From Desulfobulbus propionicus DSM 2032 (GTDB lineage: Bacteria > Desulfobacterota > Desulfobulbia > Desulfobulbales > Desulfobulbaceae): a stretch of 32,000 bases of DNA. The DNA is taken from positions 2,490,001-2,522,000 of the forward strand of contig NC_014972.1 of assembly GCF_000186885.1 (NCBI RefSeq), in the 5' to 3' direction. This document shows positions 29,017 to 32,000 of this stretch, one piece after another. Positions within the stretch are counted from its first letter, which is position 1. The number at the start of each line of letters is the position of its first letter. The position numbers were made by a program, and so were the translations under genes. The notes below the pieces were generated by a model. That model did not search any database. It saw only the letters and a program-made list of their open reading frames with translations, and had not been told where the DNA came from.

Positions 29017-29101
29017 GCCGGCCTCCTCTGTCAGTGCGGGGCGCCGGGACGGAGCGGCAAGCTGTCAGCGCCTGCCGCTCCGTCGTTCGACACACAATCC
29101 A

Positions 29102-30295
29102 TCAGTGCTCTTCGGACAGATGACCGCGGAACAGCCGTTCGCCCATCATGAAGAGGATTCCGCAGAAGGTAAAGCCGGACAGGGTCACCATCCACTCGTG
29201 CAAGGTCGGCGCATAGGGCAAAATATGCGGCAGATCAACAATATTGAATTGATGAAACCCGGGAATGATTTGCCCAACGATCACCAGATCGTAGCGCATG
29301 ACGAAGATGCCGATGATGCTGGCCAGCGAGCCGAGCGCCATGGCCGTCAGGTTCTTGGCCCGAACCGCAAGGATGATCAGGAAGGGGATGACCAGCCCCA
29401 GAGCAACCTCGCCATACCAGAAATTCTTGGCAAAGGGACCGTTGATCAGGGCCATGATCGCCTCGTATTTTCCCGGCGGATGACCGGAGATACCGGAGAT
29501 CAATTTCCAGGTGGTGAAGAACATGATGATGAGGTACAGCAACGCTCCCAGTTTGGCCACAGAACGCAGGGACTCCTGCAGCTGCTCGCTCATCTTCCAG
29601 CCGTTGATCTTATACCCCAGCCAATGAAAGAAAATCACCGTGGCGCACCCGGACATCATGGCCGAGGTGATGAAGTAGATCGGCATATAGGGGCCATGCC
29701 AGAACTCACGGCCATTCAGGAGTCCAAATACCGCCCCGAGATTGGAATGAGCGGCAACACCCGAAATAACGCCCAATAGACCGCACATGCCGGCAATCTT
29801 ATGCCTGCCGGCCTGCAACAGGGCAAACTCGATCAGCATGAAGAACAGGTAGGCGCCGTACAACGTGCCCATCCACCAAATGTTGGAACTGAGATTCGGG
29901 GAGATGATGTTGTAGATAGCCATGCGCCAGGGATTTTCAATCTCAAAGGCGATGACCAGAAAACCCGCCACAATGGTGGCAATGGCCAGATAGACCGAAC
30001 GTTTGGCAATGGGCTTGAAGGCCTCGAAGCCGAACACATGGCCAATGGACGAAACCAGACACAGCCCTGTCGAGGTCACGACAAAAAAGACGTAAGCGCC
30101 CAGCATCAGCCCCCATGGGACTTCGCGGGTGACACCATACACATGTTCATGGCCGGCAAACATGGCGTGCACGCCAAAGGCGATTCCCACCAGGGTGAAC
30201 AGACCCAACAGACCGATCACGCCGTTGTACACGCTGGACCGGCTCCCTTCAAGCCCCCCTTCCTGGGGCAGAACCTTGGTTAATATATTTTCCAT
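29102..30295 (-). CDS. NrfD/PsrC-like polytopic membrane subunit, module 2
   Basis: 397 aa; HEHVYGVTREVPWGLMLGAYVFFVVTSTGLCLVSSIGHVFG, FEIENPWRMAIYNIISPNLSSNIWWMGTLYGAYL; close paralog of 21966..23150. Confidence 0.88.
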   Translation of the reverse strand: MENILTKVLPQEGGLEGSRSSVYNGVIGLLGLFTLVGIAFGVHAMFAGHEHVYGVTREVPWGLMLGAYVFFVVTSTGLCLVSSIGHVFGFEAFKPIAKRSVYLAIATIVAGFLVIAFEIENPWRMAIYNIISPNLSSNIWWMGTLYGAYLFFMLIEFALLQAGRHKIAGMCGLLGVISGVAAHSNLGAVFGLLNGREFWHGPYMPIYFITSAMMSGCATVIFFHWLGYKINGWKMSEQLQESLRSVAKLGALLYLIIMFFTTWKLISGISGHPPGKYEAIMALINGPFAKNFWYGEVALGLVIPFLIILAVRAKNLTAMALGSLASIIGIFVMRYDLVIVGQIIPGFHQFNIVDLPHILPYAPTLHEWMVTLSGFTFCGILFMMGERLFRGHLSEEH

Positions 30296-30391
30296 GGCAC
30301 CTTCTCCTTTACGGAATCAACGACCCCAATCGTCGTTATTCCGGCTGATTAATAACCGTTGAATCAAACCACATCGGGACGAACAATTTGG

Positions 30392-30508
30392 TCAGGGCAA
30401 ATCGCTTTCTTCTCGCAAAGACTGAAGAACCGGCTTGATTCTCAGATCAAACAGCGTATGGAGAACAGCACCACCCAACCAGATAACGAAAAAAATAAGA
30501 GCTTCCAT
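30392..30508 (-). CDS. 38-aa single-TM membrane protein, module 2 (not in the supplied ORF track)
   Basis: MEALIFFVIWLGGAVLHTLFDLRIKPVLQSLREESDLP*; AAGGAG-type RBS (CAAGGAGAAGCAAATG); about 96 bp upstream of the NrfD paralog, same strand. Confidence 0.65.
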   Translation of the reverse strand: MEALIFFVIWLGGAVLHTLFDLRIKPVLQSLREESDLP

Positions 30509-31332
30509 TTGCTTCTCCTTGTTCCGGATCTCCGGACAGTTGTTGTGCACCAGGATTTATTGGCGGATAAACACCCGGTTGATTGTCTTTTGCGCGGCAC
30601 CTCCTTGCGATGCGACCCGGCACCATTCTGCGGCTGCCGGATCTGGTCCTCGAATATTTCCTTGCTGCTTTTTTATCCAGCGGCGAATACGCTGTCAAGA
30701 AAAACAACGGTCGATTGTTAAAAAATATGTAAATAAATAGATCAATATTCGCCCGATAAAAAGATTTCAACTTGCATGCGAAATAAATATTTTCGATATT
30801 ATCCACCGCAATTATTTGTATATATTTATTTTTAGGCATTTTTATTCAATAATTAATCAAGACACCACTACCCTTTCCCCGAAATAGCAATCCAACTCGC
30901 GGTTCTCATTATGCGTCTAAAAAATAACATTATGATCAAAATGCGCCCACACTGTTCACCCTCTCCGCAACCGCAGGTTCCCGGTATCCCTCAGAACCGG
31001 ACCAAAGGGGCAGAATATCGACCTGATAGAAAAGAACACCCGAGCAGCAGGTAATGCTTGACTATGGAACAAATACTGCAAATGATATTTTTAGCTACTC
31101 GCCTTCATCCAGATGACGAGCGAGCTTCCTTTTTCCCCTTCAAGGTGGCGGCCTTGGAGGGGATTTCTTTTCCCCTCCCCTTCCTCCGGCTTTACCTTTA
31201 CCGCGATTTATGGTAGCCCTGATCAGACATGCCGCTTGCTTGGGCGGCCGTGGCCTTGGGCCTCCCGCCCGCGCCATCGTCAACTTTGGGCGCATTTTTT
31301 CCATCGTCTTGTTCATTCCCCAGGAGCCTTGC

Positions 31333-32000
31333 GTGCAAAAATTCTACAAGAATCTTTCCATCTGGCTGATCATCGCTCTTTCCGCCCTGCTGCTGTTGCA
31401 TTACTGCAAGAAATCACCGGATCGCCACCATACCGTTGCCTATACCGAATTCCTGAAAAAGGCGGACAGCGGCGTACTCTCCACGGTCACCATGATCGAC
31501 CAAACCATACTTTGGGAAACCGCGGACGGTGAGCGTTTCAAAACGGTTGTGCCGCAAGCCCAGGCCACCGTTGACCACCTGCTGCGCAAAAACGTCACGA
31601 TCCGCGCTGAAATCCCGCCCCAGACCCCGTGGTTTGTGCAAACGCTCCTATCCTGGCTGCCCATTTTACTTTTTGCTGTTCTCTGGTTCTTTTATTTCCA
31701 AAAAGGAGGCAGCCAAGGGGGAAGTGGTTCCGGCAGGGCCATGGCATTTGGCAAAAGCAGGGCCCGCCTGATCAACCCAGAGGAATCGAAAGTCAAACTT
31801 GCCGACGTGGCTGGCATCGACGAAGCGAAGGAAGAAGTAGAGGAAATCGTTGATTTTTTAAAAAATCCCGGCAAATTCGTTGCAGCTGGCGCCCGAATTC
31901 CCACCGGCGTGCTCCTCTACGGAGAACCGGGAACCGGTAAAACCCTGCTGGCCAAGGCCATTGCCGGTGAAGCAGGCGTGCCTTTTTTCTCCATCAGCGG
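31333..32000 (+). CDS. ftsH: ATP-dependent zinc metalloprotease FtsH, 5' portion; truncated by the right window edge
   Basis: GTG start after AGGAG; [22 protein letters not shown]...[30 protein letters not shown]...[88 protein letters not shown]. Open to the window end. Confidence 0.93.
   Translation, partial: MQKFYKNLSIWLIIALSALLLLHYCKKSPDRHHTVAYTEFLKKADSGVLSTVTMIDQTILWETADGERFKTVVPQAQATVDHLLRKNVTIRAEIPPQTPWFVQTLLSWLPILLFAVLWFFYFQKGGSQGGSGSGRAMAFGKSRARLINPEESKVKLADVAGIDEAKEEVEEIVDFLKNPGKFVAAGARIPTGVLLYGEPGTGKTLLAKAIAGEAGVPFFSIS

Noticed and set aside
30593-30608. GGCACCTCCTTGC resembling a sigma54 element on the + strand
   Set aside because: Spacing is 9 rather than 10 bases and it points away from the module 2 genes.
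31113-31532. 139-aa + ORF upstream of and overlapping ftsH
   Set aside because: Low-complexity Pro/Arg/Ser translation out of frame with the clear FtsH N terminus starting at 31333.

Overview
This 32 kb window looks chromosomal, GC-rich and apparently bacterial. The c-type cytochrome, NrfD and ferredoxin content suggests a Desulfobacterota/Desulfobulbales-like sulfur or anaerobic metaboliser (inference). Most of it is housekeeping: a prephenate-dehydratase-like gene cut by the left edge, a tol cluster (tolQ-tolR-tolA-tolB-ybgF), a thioredoxin-reductase-like flavoprotein, yjgA/darP, coaBC, tatD, yggS, ugd, a pilC/gspF-like gene, eno, an IHF/HU gene, and ftsH cut by the right edge. I recognised no CRISPR array, rRNA, tRNA, phage or transposon. 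Three areas deserve a second look. (1) 904-3891 encodes a single polypeptide that appears to fuse a MrfA/YprA-type DEAH helicase (with its 4-Cys element) to a MrfB/YprB-type DEDD exonuclease. (2) 21.5-30.5 kb carries two paralogous modules of the form [very small membrane protein - NrfD/PsrC quinone-interacting membrane subunit - HspR-like MerR regulator with a Cys-rich tail]. Only the first has linked genes for a hexaheme cytochrome and a 16-Cys ferredoxin. Between the modules lies a sigma54 activator whose sensor is three tandem PAS repeats of exact 115-aa period, each with a Cys-x8-Cys-x3-Cys triad. The first module also has a good -24/-12 match. A recurring GATCAAAAT(N2)GCC motif lies upstream of both modules, and both nrfD-merR junctions carry perfect inverted repeats. 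(3) The second module's 38-aa membrane ORF is absent from the supplied ORF track, and there is a degenerate orphan ParB-like gene at 20.4 kb. All calls come from reading the sequence; no database search was run.
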